This document shows positions 1 through 9,541 of a DNA stretch of 64,000 nucleotides, one piece after another. The stretch spans positions 159,821-223,820 of the forward strand of contig CAYTNW010000002.1 in assembly GCA_964439325.1 (NCBI GenBank), read 5' to 3'. The position numbers and the translations under genes are program-made. The notes beneath the pieces are model-generated. The model was not told the DNA's origin. It saw only the letters and a list, made by a program, of their open reading frames with translations, and did not search any database. This DNA is from an uncultured Leptospirales bacterium. Its GTDB lineage: Bacteria; Spirochaetota; UBA4802; UBA5550. Numbering within the stretch: the stretch's first letter is position 1; each line of letters starts with the position of its first letter.

Positions 1-2
1 TA

Positions 3-326
3 TCCTGGAGCACAGGGGCCGGATTTGATCTGCAGCTTACAGAGGCCCTTAAGGATTACTTCAATAGCGACTGGTGGACGGTAACAGTACTGGCCGAGCT
101 TGAAAAATGCGGAGATGCTTCCGGAAAGTTCAATGTGGCAATATCAGGTTCAAAACTCGGCGTGGTTTATCAGGTACATGTAACCGGTACCCTTACACTC
201 GAGTCTATGCCAGGTAAAACTTTTGACCTCGACATCCTTTATGATCTTGAAAACTGTCTCGGTAAATGGGACTGTGTCGACTGGTCCGGCACGATCAGCG
301 GTGTCACTATAAGCAATCTGGATTAA
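3..326 (+). CDS. C-terminal part of a secreted/lipoprotein-family protein (5' end outside the window)
   Basis: Frame 3 is open from the window edge to TAA at 324-326. The track ORF 135..326 is only its Met-delimited tail. The C-terminus ...YDLENCLGKWDCVDWSGTISGVTISNLD is paralogous to the C-terminus of the next ORF. Confidence 0.5.
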   Translation, partial: SWSTGAGFDLQLTEALKDYFNSDWWTVTVLAELEKCGDASGKFNVAISGSKLGVVYQVHVTGTLTLESMPGKTFDLDILYDLENCLGKWDCVDWSGTISGVTISNLD

Positions 327-416
327 AACAGAAGAAAAAAATTTCTTGAAAAAACTCTGCAGCGGTTGTATCTATAAACAATCGCTGCAGAGCTGTAGAA
401 AAGGGGCGGAATACGA

Positions 417-983
417 ATGAAACGATTATTATTGATAACAGCCGTATTTGTAATACTGATGTCCGGTGCCGGTTGTGAGGACATTATCAATAATATGGAT
501 TCGAAAAAAAAGCTGAGCGTTTCAGAATCGGCGCAGGCACTCGATGATTTAATCGGTATCTTCCAGGTTACTTCGGCCACCGGCTGTATCTTTACATTCG
601 ATTTCATAACGGATACAACGGGCGTGACTGTAAATGTATCGTCCGGCAGCGGATGCGCGGCCATCAATGGGAGCGGTTTTATCCCTTATTCCTTTTTAAA
701 TGAAGGGGAGGGGGGGCTGACACTTCAATTGAACGGATGCAGTAACGGAAACGATGCCGGCACGTCCTATACCGGGACGCTGACAGTATATCTAACCGGA
801 AGCTCGGGAGTTATTACAGGTTTTGAATTTACCGGCAATGTTGAGGCCCGGGGGGAGATTCAGGGCCGCGTGAGTATAGATATCAGTTATACTGTGGATC
901 TGAATTGCGTTTTAACATGGGACTGCTGGAGCGGATCAGTAAACGGTTACACCATCAACGCCCTAAGAGATGCTCTTGACTGA
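417..983 (+). CDS. Putative lipoprotein, tandem paralogue of the preceding ORF
   Basis: 188-aa ORF. The N-terminal signal MKRLLLITAVFVILMSGAGC has a Cys after the hydrophobic core (loose lipobox). The C-terminus ...VDLNCVLTWDCWSGSVNGYTINALRDALD matches the upstream ORF tail. Confidence 0.6.
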   Translation: MKRLLLITAVFVILMSGAGCEDIINNMDSKKKLSVSESAQALDDLIGIFQVTSATGCIFTFDFITDTTGVTVNVSSGSGCAAINGSGFIPYSFLNEGEGGLTLQLNGCSNGNDAGTSYTGTLTVYLTGSSGVITGFEFTGNVEARGEIQGRVSIDISYTVDLNCVLTWDCWSGSVNGYTINALRDALD

Positions 984-1016
984 TCAGTTTCCTGAGTAAA
1001 AGACAATCCGCTTCTG

Positions 1017-3560
1017 TCAGGAATTATTGTTGCCGTTACCTATAAATTTTGTGATCGATTTAACGAGGTAGTCCATATTTACAGGTTTTGATATATAATC
1101 ATCGAAACCGGCCGCGGAAATCTTCTCTCTATCCTCAGGCATCGTATAGGCTGTAAGAGCAATAATCGGTATTGATGATTTCTCCCCGTATTTTTCCTTA
1201 TCTCTGATGAGTTTAGCGGCTTCAATACCATCCATCTTCGGCATCTGTATGTCCATCAGTATAAGGTCCGGTTCTGCGTTATCGAGGATTTTTAACGCCT
1301 CGCTTCCATTTTCAGCTTCAAGTATGTGATAGCCCATCTTTTCGAGAATCCTCTTCAGGGCAAGCCGGTTTATCCTTTCGTCTTCAGCAATAAGGATTGT
1401 ACACAAATTTCCGCTCTTGTTTAATTTTTCCGTCATTACCGGTTTAAGGTCTATTGCATGGTTCTCCGGCAGCTTGACGGATATTGATACCCGGACAGCG
1501 GTTCCCTTTCCGGGAGTACTGTCAATCTTTATAGTCCCGTTCATTAAGTTTACGAGATGTTTTACCAGTGTCAGGCCAAGGCCGGCGCCCTGAAACGTCC
1601 TTTTGTATGAGTTTTCCCCCTGCCGGAAAGGTTCAAATATCTGGGTCATCATATCGTCGGCTATTCCGATGCCGGTATCTCTGACAGATATGATGATATC
1701 AACTTCACCGTCGCATGAAACATCTTCAGCTGAGAGGTTGACCACAATGCTCCCTTTGTTTGTGAATTTAACCGCATTCGAAACAAGGTTTACGATAATC
1801 TGTCTGATCCTTGTTTCATCTCCGACAACTTCGATCGGTGTATTTTTTTCAATCTTCAGCAGCAGCGTGATCCCTTTCTCTTCACAATCCGTCGAATATC
1901 TTTCGTTAATGAAATTGAAAATTTCCCGCAGGCTGAACTGGGTTTCAGTCAGGATCAGTTTGTCGGATTCGACCCTGGAAAGATCGAGAATGTCATTTAA
2001 AAGTCTTGTGAGCCTCATCCCGGACTTTATTGCGATATTGACGTAATTCGCCTGTTCCTCGTTGACCCCGGTAGTCTGTATAAGCTGAAGCATGCCGAGT
2101 ATTCCGTTTAACGGAGTCCGTACCTCGTGGCTCATGTTTGCAAGGAAATCGCTCTTTATGCTGCTTGCGGACTCAGCTGTATATTTTGCGTTCAGAATCG
2201 CTTCTTCATATTTTTTTCTTGCGGTGTTGTCTTCAATAATTCCCAGACCGCCGGTAATAGTCCCGTCAGGCAGCTTTATCGGTGTAAACATTGCTCTTAT
2301 ATATGTCGATTTAACGGCTGTTGTCGAGGCATAGAGCCCTTCATAGGTGCTCGGAGTGCCGTTAATTGCTGATTTTATCGATTCCACAACCCTGTCATCC
2401 GGGAGCTGAAGCATTTTAAGGCCGATCAGATTATTTCTGGATGAACCGATGATTTTTACAAAACTTTCATTGCATGTTGTAATAATCCCCTCGGTGTTGA
2501 AATGAAGAATACCCAGCGGAGCATTCTCTATAATCAACCGGGAGCGCTCTTCGCTCTCCATCAGGGCCTTCTCGGAAAACTTATGCCTGTTAAGTTCGTC
2601 GGCCAGTCTTTTTGTCTCTGCCTTGATCTGTTTGTCAGATACCCATATTCTGGCAAAAAATACCATTGAAAGAAGGAATATCAGAGTAATAACAGAAGAT
2701 GCGATTTTCAGAATGGAGAGGCTCTCCCTGTCTTTCCTGATCACGGAGAACCATTTGTCATAAATTCTGTTAAATTTGCCGTTTGCTTTCAGGATATTAA
2801 GTCCTTCGTTTAAACCGGCGATAAGATGAGATTTACTTTTCAGTGATGCATAATGATATCTCTGTATCAAAACAGGATCGCCGGCTGTTGTCACATTTTC
2901 AATATCATATTTTTTAATCAGATAAAGGCCCAGGTATTTATTGATAATCGTGAATGAGTTTTTATCCATCGATATGTACGAAATAGTTTCAATAAGCCTG
3001 TCGGTTGTCTTTATCCTGTCGGCCGGGAAATTCTTATTCATGTAGTCTCTGGAAAAGCTCTCTTCATATGTAACGGGGGTCAGTCCTTTAAGACCGTACA
3101 TGCTGAAATATTCCATATCTCCGGTGTTGATGAAAACGGAGTATCTGAACTCATGGTAGGGGATGGAGTATTCTACGAGCTTTGTTTTTTCCGCGAAATA
3201 GTCGGCCCTTTCAATAATATCAATCTTTCCCGATTCAAAATCTTTTTTTAGCTGATCGCTGCTAATAAGTTTTATTTCAGCGTTCCAGCCGATCTCGTCG
3301 GCGATGGCTTTTGTAAGTTCAACGGTGAATCCCGAAGGGAGACCATCCTTGTCGATAAATTCATAGGGGGGAGTGTCGGTGACTCCGCCGAACACAACAG
3401 TGTTTTTACCATATCCCGTCTTGGCAACAGCATTGGTATTCTGGCTCAGTAAAAGGAATAATAAAATGAAAATGATGCATGATCTGGAATGGCAGGAGAT
3501 GAAACTAATTTTCAGGCGGCCGGATATTTTTTTTATGAACATTCTCTCCCTAATAGACAT
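1017..3560 (-). CDS. Hybrid sensor histidine kinase (periplasmic solute-binding domain, TM, PAS, HisKA, HATPase, receiver)
   Basis: Family-3 solute-binding-like N-terminus (GGVTDTPPYEFIDKDGLPSGFTVELTKAIADEIG). H-box SDFLANMSHEVRTPLNGILG. ATPase motifs (DTGIGI, GAGLGLT). C-terminal receiver (ILIAEDE...DLILMDIQMPKMDG). Start trimmed to MSIRERMF (3560); the track ORF extends to 3623. Confidence 0.85.
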   Translation of the reverse strand: MSIRERMFIKKISGRLKISFISCHSRSCIIFILLFLLLSQNTNAVAKTGYGKNTVVFGGVTDTPPYEFIDKDGLPSGFTVELTKAIADEIGWNAEIKLISSDQLKKDFESGKIDIIERADYFAEKTKLVEYSIPYHEFRYSVFINTGDMEYFSMYGLKGLTPVTYEESFSRDYMNKNFPADRIKTTDRLIETISYISMDKNSFTIINKYLGLYLIKKYDIENVTTAGDPVLIQRYHYASLKSKSHLIAGLNEGLNILKANGKFNRIYDKWFSVIRKDRESLSILKIASSVITLIFLLSMVFFARIWVSDKQIKAETKRLADELNRHKFSEKALMESEERSRLIIENAPLGILHFNTEGIITTCNESFVKIIGSSRNNLIGLKMLQLPDDRVVESIKSAINGTPSTYEGLYASTTAVKSTYIRAMFTPIKLPDGTITGGLGIIEDNTARKKYEEAILNAKYTAESASSIKSDFLANMSHEVRTPLNGILGMLQLIQTTGVNEEQANYVNIAIKSGMRLTRLLNDILDLSRVESDKLILTETQFSLREIFNFINERYSTDCEEKGITLLLKIEKNTPIEVVGDETRIRQIIVNLVSNAVKFTNKGSIVVNLSAEDVSCDGEVDIIISVRDTGIGIADDMMTQIFEPFRQGENSYKRTFQGAGLGLTLVKHLVNLMNGTIKIDSTPGKGTAVRVSISVKLPENHAIDLKPVMTEKLNKSGNLCTILIAEDERINRLALKRILEKMGYHILEAENGSEALKILDNAEPDLILMDIQMPKMDGIEAAKLIRDKEKYGEKSSIPIIALTAYTMPEDREKISAAGFDDYISKPVNMDYLVKSITKFIGNGNNNS

Positions 3561-3779
3561 ATTATTCCCCAATTTTTCCAAATCCTCATAGATGATAATA
3601 AACGGATTTATGCTGATTTGCAATTCAAAAATTTCAAATGTAAATTTTTTTAGACATTTAACTGAAGACGGGTAATATCTAAGAGCTGTTTTTTAAATCT
3701 ATATTCTACAACAGAGAAAACATTCAGTTTTTTTAGAGGCTTTTGTTTCCGATAAACTCTTTTGGCCTGCCGTGCCGGA

Positions 3780-4190
3780 TCAGTGCTGTATATTTCCGGG
3801 GATAACCGGTTTAAAAATTATATCATCAATTATATAGTATTGCTCTTTGCCGCTATTTACTTTAAAAACAGTCCCCACCTTATTACCTATAACCTGTGAA
3901 CCGAGAATTGAGAAGACTGATAACTTTCTGTTTGATAAGTCCGAATCTTCGGGGAATACCAGATGGTACTCTTCACTTAATCCGGTACCTATATTTCTTA
4001 AAACAATTCTTGAGTCAATTGTCACAACATTTTCACTGATTTTTTTCGCATCGACAGGTTTTGACTTAAGTATATGCTGTTTTAACGCCTCAAGCGGCTG
4101 CTTCTCCGATTCATCATTCACAAGGTAATTTTCAAAATGGCTGAGTAATCTTTCGGAATCCTGTCTGGAAAAAACTCTCTCACTATTCAT
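3780..4190 (-). CDS. rnk: Rnk-like GreA/GreB-C-terminal-domain protein (regulator of nucleoside diphosphate kinase family)
   Basis: 136 aa from ATG at 4190, preceded by GGAGGA 7 nt upstream. The segment VVTIDSRIVLRNIGTGLSEEYHLVFPEDSDLSNRKLSVFSILGSQVIGNKVG aligns with the E. coli Rnk core (VVTMNSRVKFRNL...LSVMAPVGAALLGLRVG). Confidence 0.7.
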   Translation of the reverse strand: MNSERVFSRQDSERLLSHFENYLVNDESEKQPLEALKQHILKSKPVDAKKISENVVTIDSRIVLRNIGTGLSEEYHLVFPEDSDLSNRKLSVFSILGSQVIGNKVGTVFKVNSGKEQYYIIDDIIFKPVIPGNIQH

Positions 4191-4385
4191 TGAACAATCC
4201 TCCATAATCAACGGATTACAGGTTTTGGTTAAATGACCGGAAAAGGGATAGTTGATCCCGAGGCACAATAGCCGGGAACTGAAAGATTTCCAGTCCGGTA
4301 TCATTATCGGTATTATGCCGGATAACTGAGAATATATTTTTCTTGTTCTTGATCGGATTCTGACAGAAAAAGATGATTATAGTCT

Positions 4386-6056
4386 TCAGCCCCCGTCGAG
4401 ATACTTTTTTATCTTTGCGTTAATACCGTCCGGGATTTTTACACCGAGAGATTTAATCCTTGTCAGATATTTATCGAATGAAGTGGAGTGGCTAGTGGTT
4501 GTCATAAAGATCTTGAAGAACGATCTCACAGATCCCTCGAGCTCCTTCCTGAATTCTATTCTTGTATTAAGGAGGTCCTCAACCGGGGCTATCACCCCGT
4601 AATTCACCGGCCTGCACATTGCCCTGTGCAGTACGAATCTCTGTGTTATCTCGCATTCGTAGTTCTCTTCCATAATACTTTTCTGGACAACGTTCAGGTT
4701 GATTGCATCGATAACCTGGTAGGAATATTTTCCCGCGAGGTAGCTGTCGAGCAGATCGATAACGTTTTTGAAGTGCTCTCCGTTGAAACATTCACCGGTG
4801 TAAACATCCGGAATCCTCAGATAGATGATCAGGTCTATGTCGGAACTGCTGCTCGAGAGTCCCATGTTGAGCGACCCGACGATATCGAACGCCAGCTCTC
4901 TGTGTTCATTCGTTATCTCTTCGAGAACCTTTTCCAGTTCCTGCATCCGTATCTCCGATTCTTTTGTCTGGAATCTGCGGAAAAAATTCCGTATATCGAG
5001 GAACAGTTCTATTTCCGGAATATGGGAATATTTTTCAGTTTTCATGTCATAATTATGCTGAAAGCGCAGGGCATTGTACCTTTCGGCATCGATAATTTTT
5101 TCAATGAATCTGCCGTCGCCGCGGGTATAATCGGCTATGGGATAAATATTATTGTTTACGAATTTCTGGAACTGGACGCGGGTGATTTTTTTATCCTCTT
5201 CGTTCAGGGTTATTTCGTAAAAAAATCCCCCTTCGGCTACTTCCCCTTTCGTCGTCGTTACCTCTCCGAAATTTGAAGGATTAAGATAAAGAGGTCCTTC
5301 TCCCTGGTAAAATCCCCAGTCTTCATGTATGTGGCCGGTAAGACATGCCTTGACATGGCTGTTCTCGCAGTATGTGCGGAGGGCCGGTGAACCGGAGGGG
5401 CCTTTCCAGGCCAGCCTGTCGTGTATTCCGTGAGCCGGCTGATGTGTAACTATAAAATCGGGTTTCACTGCCTTGAAAAAAAGAAACATCTCGTTGTTTT
5501 TATCCGGAGTTTTTATCCCTGCATGGTAGCGGATAATATAACGTTCAGGTATTCCGGCCGACCAGATATCGGCTCCGCCATATCCTGCGAAAATTACTCC
5601 GTTTATTTCGTGCCACTGCATATGCAGGTCCCTTTCATGCAGCGCGGTAAACCGGAGGTTCATGTCGTAGTTGCCGGGGAGGACGTAAATCTCCGAGTTG
5701 TTTTTTATCGAAAGGATATTTTCAAGGACTTTGTATTTCTGCTGCATTACGCGGCGGGCCCTGATTGTATACTGCTGGTAATCGAACGCCTTTTCTCGTG
5801 TTCCGGCATCCTCTCTGGGATCATCGATCAGCGTATCGACGAAATCTTCAAGTATCTCGCCGTTTCTGTCAAGTTTACGCCTCAGGCCGTTGAAGTACGT
5901 CTGAAGTTCATGGTAGTTAATCGCCGAGTCGAGGTTGTAAAACGGAATGTCTATCAGGTCTCCGGCAATAATATATACATCTGCGACGGTATCGATAAGA
6001 AGCTCATAGACCCTTGTGAATGAACCGTGTATATCCGTAAGGTAGATAATTTTCAT
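4386..6056 (-). CDS. Calcineurin-like metallophosphoesterase fused to a C-terminal Pol-beta-type nucleotidyltransferase domain
   Basis: N-terminal phosphoesterase motifs: DIHG, GDLID, GNYD, VTHQPAHG, GHIHEDWG. The C-terminal part has the NTase signature GSLNMGLSSSSSDIDLIIY (G-S...D-x-D). Confidence 0.75.
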   Translation of the reverse strand: MKIIYLTDIHGSFTRVYELLIDTVADVYIIAGDLIDIPFYNLDSAINYHELQTYFNGLRRKLDRNGEILEDFVDTLIDDPREDAGTREKAFDYQQYTIRARRVMQQKYKVLENILSIKNNSEIYVLPGNYDMNLRFTALHERDLHMQWHEINGVIFAGYGGADIWSAGIPERYIIRYHAGIKTPDKNNEMFLFFKAVKPDFIVTHQPAHGIHDRLAWKGPSGSPALRTYCENSHVKACLTGHIHEDWGFYQGEGPLYLNPSNFGEVTTTKGEVAEGGFFYEITLNEEDKKITRVQFQKFVNNNIYPIADYTRGDGRFIEKIIDAERYNALRFQHNYDMKTEKYSHIPEIELFLDIRNFFRRFQTKESEIRMQELEKVLEEITNEHRELAFDIVGSLNMGLSSSSSDIDLIIYLRIPDVYTGECFNGEHFKNVIDLLDSYLAGKYSYQVIDAINLNVVQKSIMEENYECEITQRFVLHRAMCRPVNYGVIAPVEDLLNTRIEFRKELEGSVRSFFKIFMTTTSHSTSFDKYLTRIKSLGVKIPDGINAKIKKYLDGG

Positions 6057-6367
6057 TGTAACATCCCTGCCGAAGCTGTAATTTAATACTATAAAACTGA
6101 ATTGTCAATTATAATAAGATATAAGCAATAAATGGATATGTATTACCACGTTGCATATGAATGAATTAGCCTGTGTAAGTTTATTGCCTGGCGGCTTTAT
6201 GTTAATGATAAATAGAATATTGAAGCTGAAACATGATAATCCCTGTCGCGGAAAAAACGAATTTTAAATTATTATATAGCAAAATGACCTTGACTTTTAA
6301 ATTTTAAATATCTTATTAGGTATATAGCATTTATCAAGCCATGTGCATTTAATGGAGAAAAGCGAAG

Positions 6368-6640
6368 ATGAATATTTATGTAGGGAATCTGTCTTATAAG
6401 ATGGGAGATGAAGATCTTGGGAAATTATTCAGTACTTACGGCACAGTATCAGAGGCAAAGATTGTTTTCGACAGAGAAACCGGACGTTCAAAAGGCTTTG
6501 GATTTGTAGAAATGCCGAACCAGGCTGAAGGTGATGAAGCAATCAAACAGCTTGATGGTAAGGAAGTCGATGGAAGAAACATCAAGGTTAACGTCGCAAA
6601 ACCTAAAGAAGAAAAACCGCGCAGAAGTCAGAGATATTAA
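6368..6640 (+). CDS. RRM-type RNA-binding protein
   Basis: RNP2 (IYVGNL) and RNP1 (KGFGFVEM) motifs. 90 aa with a basic tail. Confidence 0.9.
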   Translation: MNIYVGNLSYKMGDEDLGKLFSTYGTVSEAKIVFDRETGRSKGFGFVEMPNQAEGDEAIKQLDGKEVDGRNIKVNVAKPKEEKPRRSQRY

Positions 6641-6767
6641 GAGGAATTAATAGAACAAATCCCTGCTCTTGTTTAATCCGTTCCGGTGAGATAATATGTT
6701 TCCCGGAACGGAAGTCGGGAACTAAATTTATATGGACACCTAACAGCTGTTCATAAAGGATGATAAA

Positions 6768-6926
6768 TTGACAAAAAATAACTATCAGTATGAAAAACGG
6801 CAGAGAGATATCGCAAAAAAAAAGAAGCAGGAAGAAAAACGTCAGAAAAAGTTGAACAGAAGTTCTGATGTTAACGAAGATAATCCGGAAGAGTTCAGTG
6901 ACAATAACGAAAACGCTGAAGATTAA
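6768..6926 (+). CDS. Small charged protein (52 aa, TTG start), not in the ORF track
   Basis: AAAGGA lies 7 nt upstream of TTG at 6768. The frame is open to TAA at 6924-6926. Translation: (M)TKNNYQYEKRQRDIAKKKKQEEKRQKKLNRSSDVNEDNPEEFSDNNENAED, a basic half followed by an acidic half. Coding status is unproven. Confidence 0.35.
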   Translation: MTKNNYQYEKRQRDIAKKKKQEEKRQKKLNRSSDVNEDNPEEFSDNNENAED

Positions 6927-7108
6927 ATAAGCATTAAGTATTCAGTTAAATCCCCGCCGGAGCGATTCCTGTTCCGGTATCAGAAATTAAAAATAATCCC
7001 GAAAATTGCTGATATAATAATTTTAAATATTACCTGATAATTATATTTGATGAAAGTTCAGCGGAAAATCGTGTATTTATGCACAATATTTATAAAATGG
7101 TTTGTTAA

Positions 7109-7924
7109 ATGAAGAAGTTAAGGCTCGACTTCTTTCTGGCAGAGCGTGGGCTCTCAACATCAGTAGAACAGGCCAGGAAGGAGATCATCTCCGGATGGGT
7201 AAAGGTGAACGGGGAGACTCTGAGAAATCCCTCTGAAAAAATCTACGGCAATGAAACAGTAACAGTGGAAAGGCCCGGCGGATCTTTCGTAAGCCGCGGC
7301 GGTGAAAAACTGCAGCGTGCGTTAAATGTTTTTAAAATAGACCTGAATGGGGTTATCGCCCTCGATCTCGGCGCATCAACAGGCGGGTTCACCGACTGTA
7401 TGCTCAAATCGGGAGCGGTCAAGGTTTATGCGCTGGATGTGGGGTATAACCAGCTTGATTATTCTCTCAGGATAGATCCGCGGGTCGTTGTTATGGAGAA
7501 AATCCACGCCAGGGATATCTGCAGGGAGATGTTTCCAGACAGAATAGATTTTTTTACCGCGGACCTCTCTTTTATATCAATTCTTAAAGTACTCCCTTCG
7601 GTTTATAATACCTTTGACAGTATAAGGGGTGTCGCGCTGATAAAACCACAGTTTGAGGCCGATACATCACAGCATCAAAAGGGTGTAGTAAAAAATCCCG
7701 AAGATCATATCGCAATTCTTACCAGTGTAGCTGCCGGAATTGCTGAAACAGGATTCGATATCGGGGGGATTACATATTCTCCCGTAAAAGGGCCCGCAGG
7801 AAATATTGAATTTCTGTTTTTATTACACAAAAATGGCTCTTTGAGGGGTCAGAGCATACCGGCAGAGCGCCTCAATGGAATTATTACTGATATAGTAGAA
7901 ACTGCACATTATGACCTGAAATGA
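7109..7924 (+). CDS. tlyA: TlyA-family rRNA 2'-O-methyltransferase (S4 domain plus FtsJ-like methyltransferase)
   Basis: S4-like N-terminus (RLDFFLAERGLSTSVEQARKEIISGWVKVNG). SAM-binding motif LDLGASTGGFTDCML. Confidence 0.85.
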   Translation: MKKLRLDFFLAERGLSTSVEQARKEIISGWVKVNGETLRNPSEKIYGNETVTVERPGGSFVSRGGEKLQRALNVFKIDLNGVIALDLGASTGGFTDCMLKSGAVKVYALDVGYNQLDYSLRIDPRVVVMEKIHARDICREMFPDRIDFFTADLSFISILKVLPSVYNTFDSIRGVALIKPQFEADTSQHQKGVVKNPEDHIAILTSVAAGIAETGFDIGGITYSPVKGPAGNIEFLFLLHKNGSLRGQSIPAERLNGIITDIVETAHYDLK

Positions 7925-8198
7925 TAAAAAAAATAATTTTAAAATTTTTCTTGTTGCTAATTTTTAAGCGATTTTTTAGAAAATGACTGCTAAAATACAA
8001 AGGTTTGCCGGTTTTTTTTAAATCTTGATTTTCAAATTATAACATGGCTATTTCAGAGTTTCCTTTATAGAAAGCCCTGACTGAAGAACCCGGTTTTGCA
8101 TAGTAACCGTTTCTTTCGGCGCAGGATGAGTCGCCTTCAATCAAAAGAAGACTCTGATATAATAATATTTTGATTATAATAATCAACAGGAGAGAAAA

Positions 8199-9452
8199 AT
8201 GAAAATATTGGCTTTAAATTGCGGAAGCTCCTCTTTGAAATACCAGCTTTTTGATTGGGAGAAAAAAGAAGTTATTGCAGTGGGTATTGTTGAGAGAATC
8301 GGAATTGATGGATCTTTCATCAAGCATGAAGTTCCGGCAAAAGACAAAGAAATCAAGACAGAAACCGCTATTCCGGATCATAAAGTAGGTATCGGACTTG
8401 TACTTGATGCGCTTGTAAAAGGCGAAGGCGCAGTTATTTCCGGAATGTCTGAAATTTCAGCAGTTGGTCACAGGGTAGTTCATGGTGGAGAAAAATTCAA
8501 CCACAGCGTATTGATCGATGATAAAGTTATCGAAGCCATTAAAGGCGTATCCCATCTTGCACCGCTGCACAATCCGGCGAACCTTATAGGTATAGAAGCC
8601 GCTATTGAATCGCTTCCGGGATGTCCGCAGGTTGCTATCTTTGATACAGCTTTCCATCAGACAATGCCGAGCCACGCTTACATGTATCCTGTTCCCCATG
8701 AGTGGTATGACAAATTCGCAGTAAGAAGATACGGATTCCACGGAACAAGTCACCTCTACGTTTCAAAAAGAGCTGCTGACCTTCTCGGAAAAAGCGCAAA
8801 AGACTGCAATATCATCACAATGCACATAGGAAACGGAGTTTCATGTTCAGCTATCAAGGGCGGAGTCAGCGTTGATACTTCAATGGGTCTTACACCTCTC
8901 GAAGGAGCTGTAATGGGAACCAGATGCGGCGATATCGACCCGGCAATCCCTATGTTTATGCAGAACGAACTCGGCGTTGGTCCGAAAGAAATGGACACAC
9001 TTCTTAACAAAAAATCCGGTCTCCTCGGAATTACAGGAAAATTTACCGACAGACGTGATATCCTTTCCGGTGCAGAATCAGGCGACGAAAAATGCAAACT
9101 TGCAGTTGATATGGAATGCTACAAACTGAGAAAAATTCTCGGTTCATACGCAGCGGCTCTCGGCCATGTTGATGCAATCGTTTTCACAGCAGGTGTTGGT
9201 GAGAACTCTGGCGACATCAGACAGAAGGTAATTGAAGGACTCGATTGCCTCGGAATCGTTGTAGATAAAGAGAAAAACCTCGGAACAAGATCAAAACATG
9301 GTGAAACTCTTATCTCCAAGCCTGAATCAAAAATCAAGGTTTTTGTTGTTCCTACAAACGAAGAGCTCGTATTCGTAGAGGACGTTGTTGGAATACTCAA
9401 CAAAACTTATGATGATCATATGGTTTACAAGTATACATTCCTGAAAAAATAA
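8199..9452 (+). CDS. ackA: Acetate kinase
   Basis: N-terminus MKILALNCGSSSLKYQLF. GHRVVHGG and GFHGTSH motifs. 417 aa. RBS AGGAGAG upstream. Confidence 0.95.
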   Translation: MKILALNCGSSSLKYQLFDWEKKEVIAVGIVERIGIDGSFIKHEVPAKDKEIKTETAIPDHKVGIGLVLDALVKGEGAVISGMSEISAVGHRVVHGGEKFNHSVLIDDKVIEAIKGVSHLAPLHNPANLIGIEAAIESLPGCPQVAIFDTAFHQTMPSHAYMYPVPHEWYDKFAVRRYGFHGTSHLYVSKRAADLLGKSAKDCNIITMHIGNGVSCSAIKGGVSVDTSMGLTPLEGAVMGTRCGDIDPAIPMFMQNELGVGPKEMDTLLNKKSGLLGITGKFTDRRDILSGAESGDEKCKLAVDMECYKLRKILGSYAAALGHVDAIVFTAGVGENSGDIRQKVIEGLDCLGIVVDKEKNLGTRSKHGETLISKPESKIKVFVVPTNEELVFVEDVVGILNKTYDDHMVYKYTFLKK

Positions 9453-9509
9453 TTTTTCGCAGGATAATCCGTCCGCAGATTAGCGGACGGATTTAACAAA
9501 ATAAAAAAA

Positions 9510-9541
9510 GAGGCTGTTTCGAAAGGACAGCCTCTTTTTTA
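9510..9541 (+). terminator. Rho-independent terminator after ackA
   Basis: GAGGCTGT (9510-9517) pairs with ACAGCCTC (9527-9534), followed by a T-run to 9541. A second hairpin, AATCCGTCCGC/GCGGACGGATT, lies at 9466-9493. Confidence 0.7.

Noticed and set aside
4488-5276. Long antisense track ORFs inside well-supported genes: 4488-5276, 12200-12784, 13331-13858, 17384-17974, 35291-36070, 45418-46092 and 58523-59104.
   Set aside because: Each lies entirely opposite a gene with strong family motifs (phosphoesterase, cdaA, cdaR, patatin, MCP, nifD, metF). Their translations are low-complexity or rich in Ser, Arg and Leu with no recognisable motifs. They are typical shadow ORFs.
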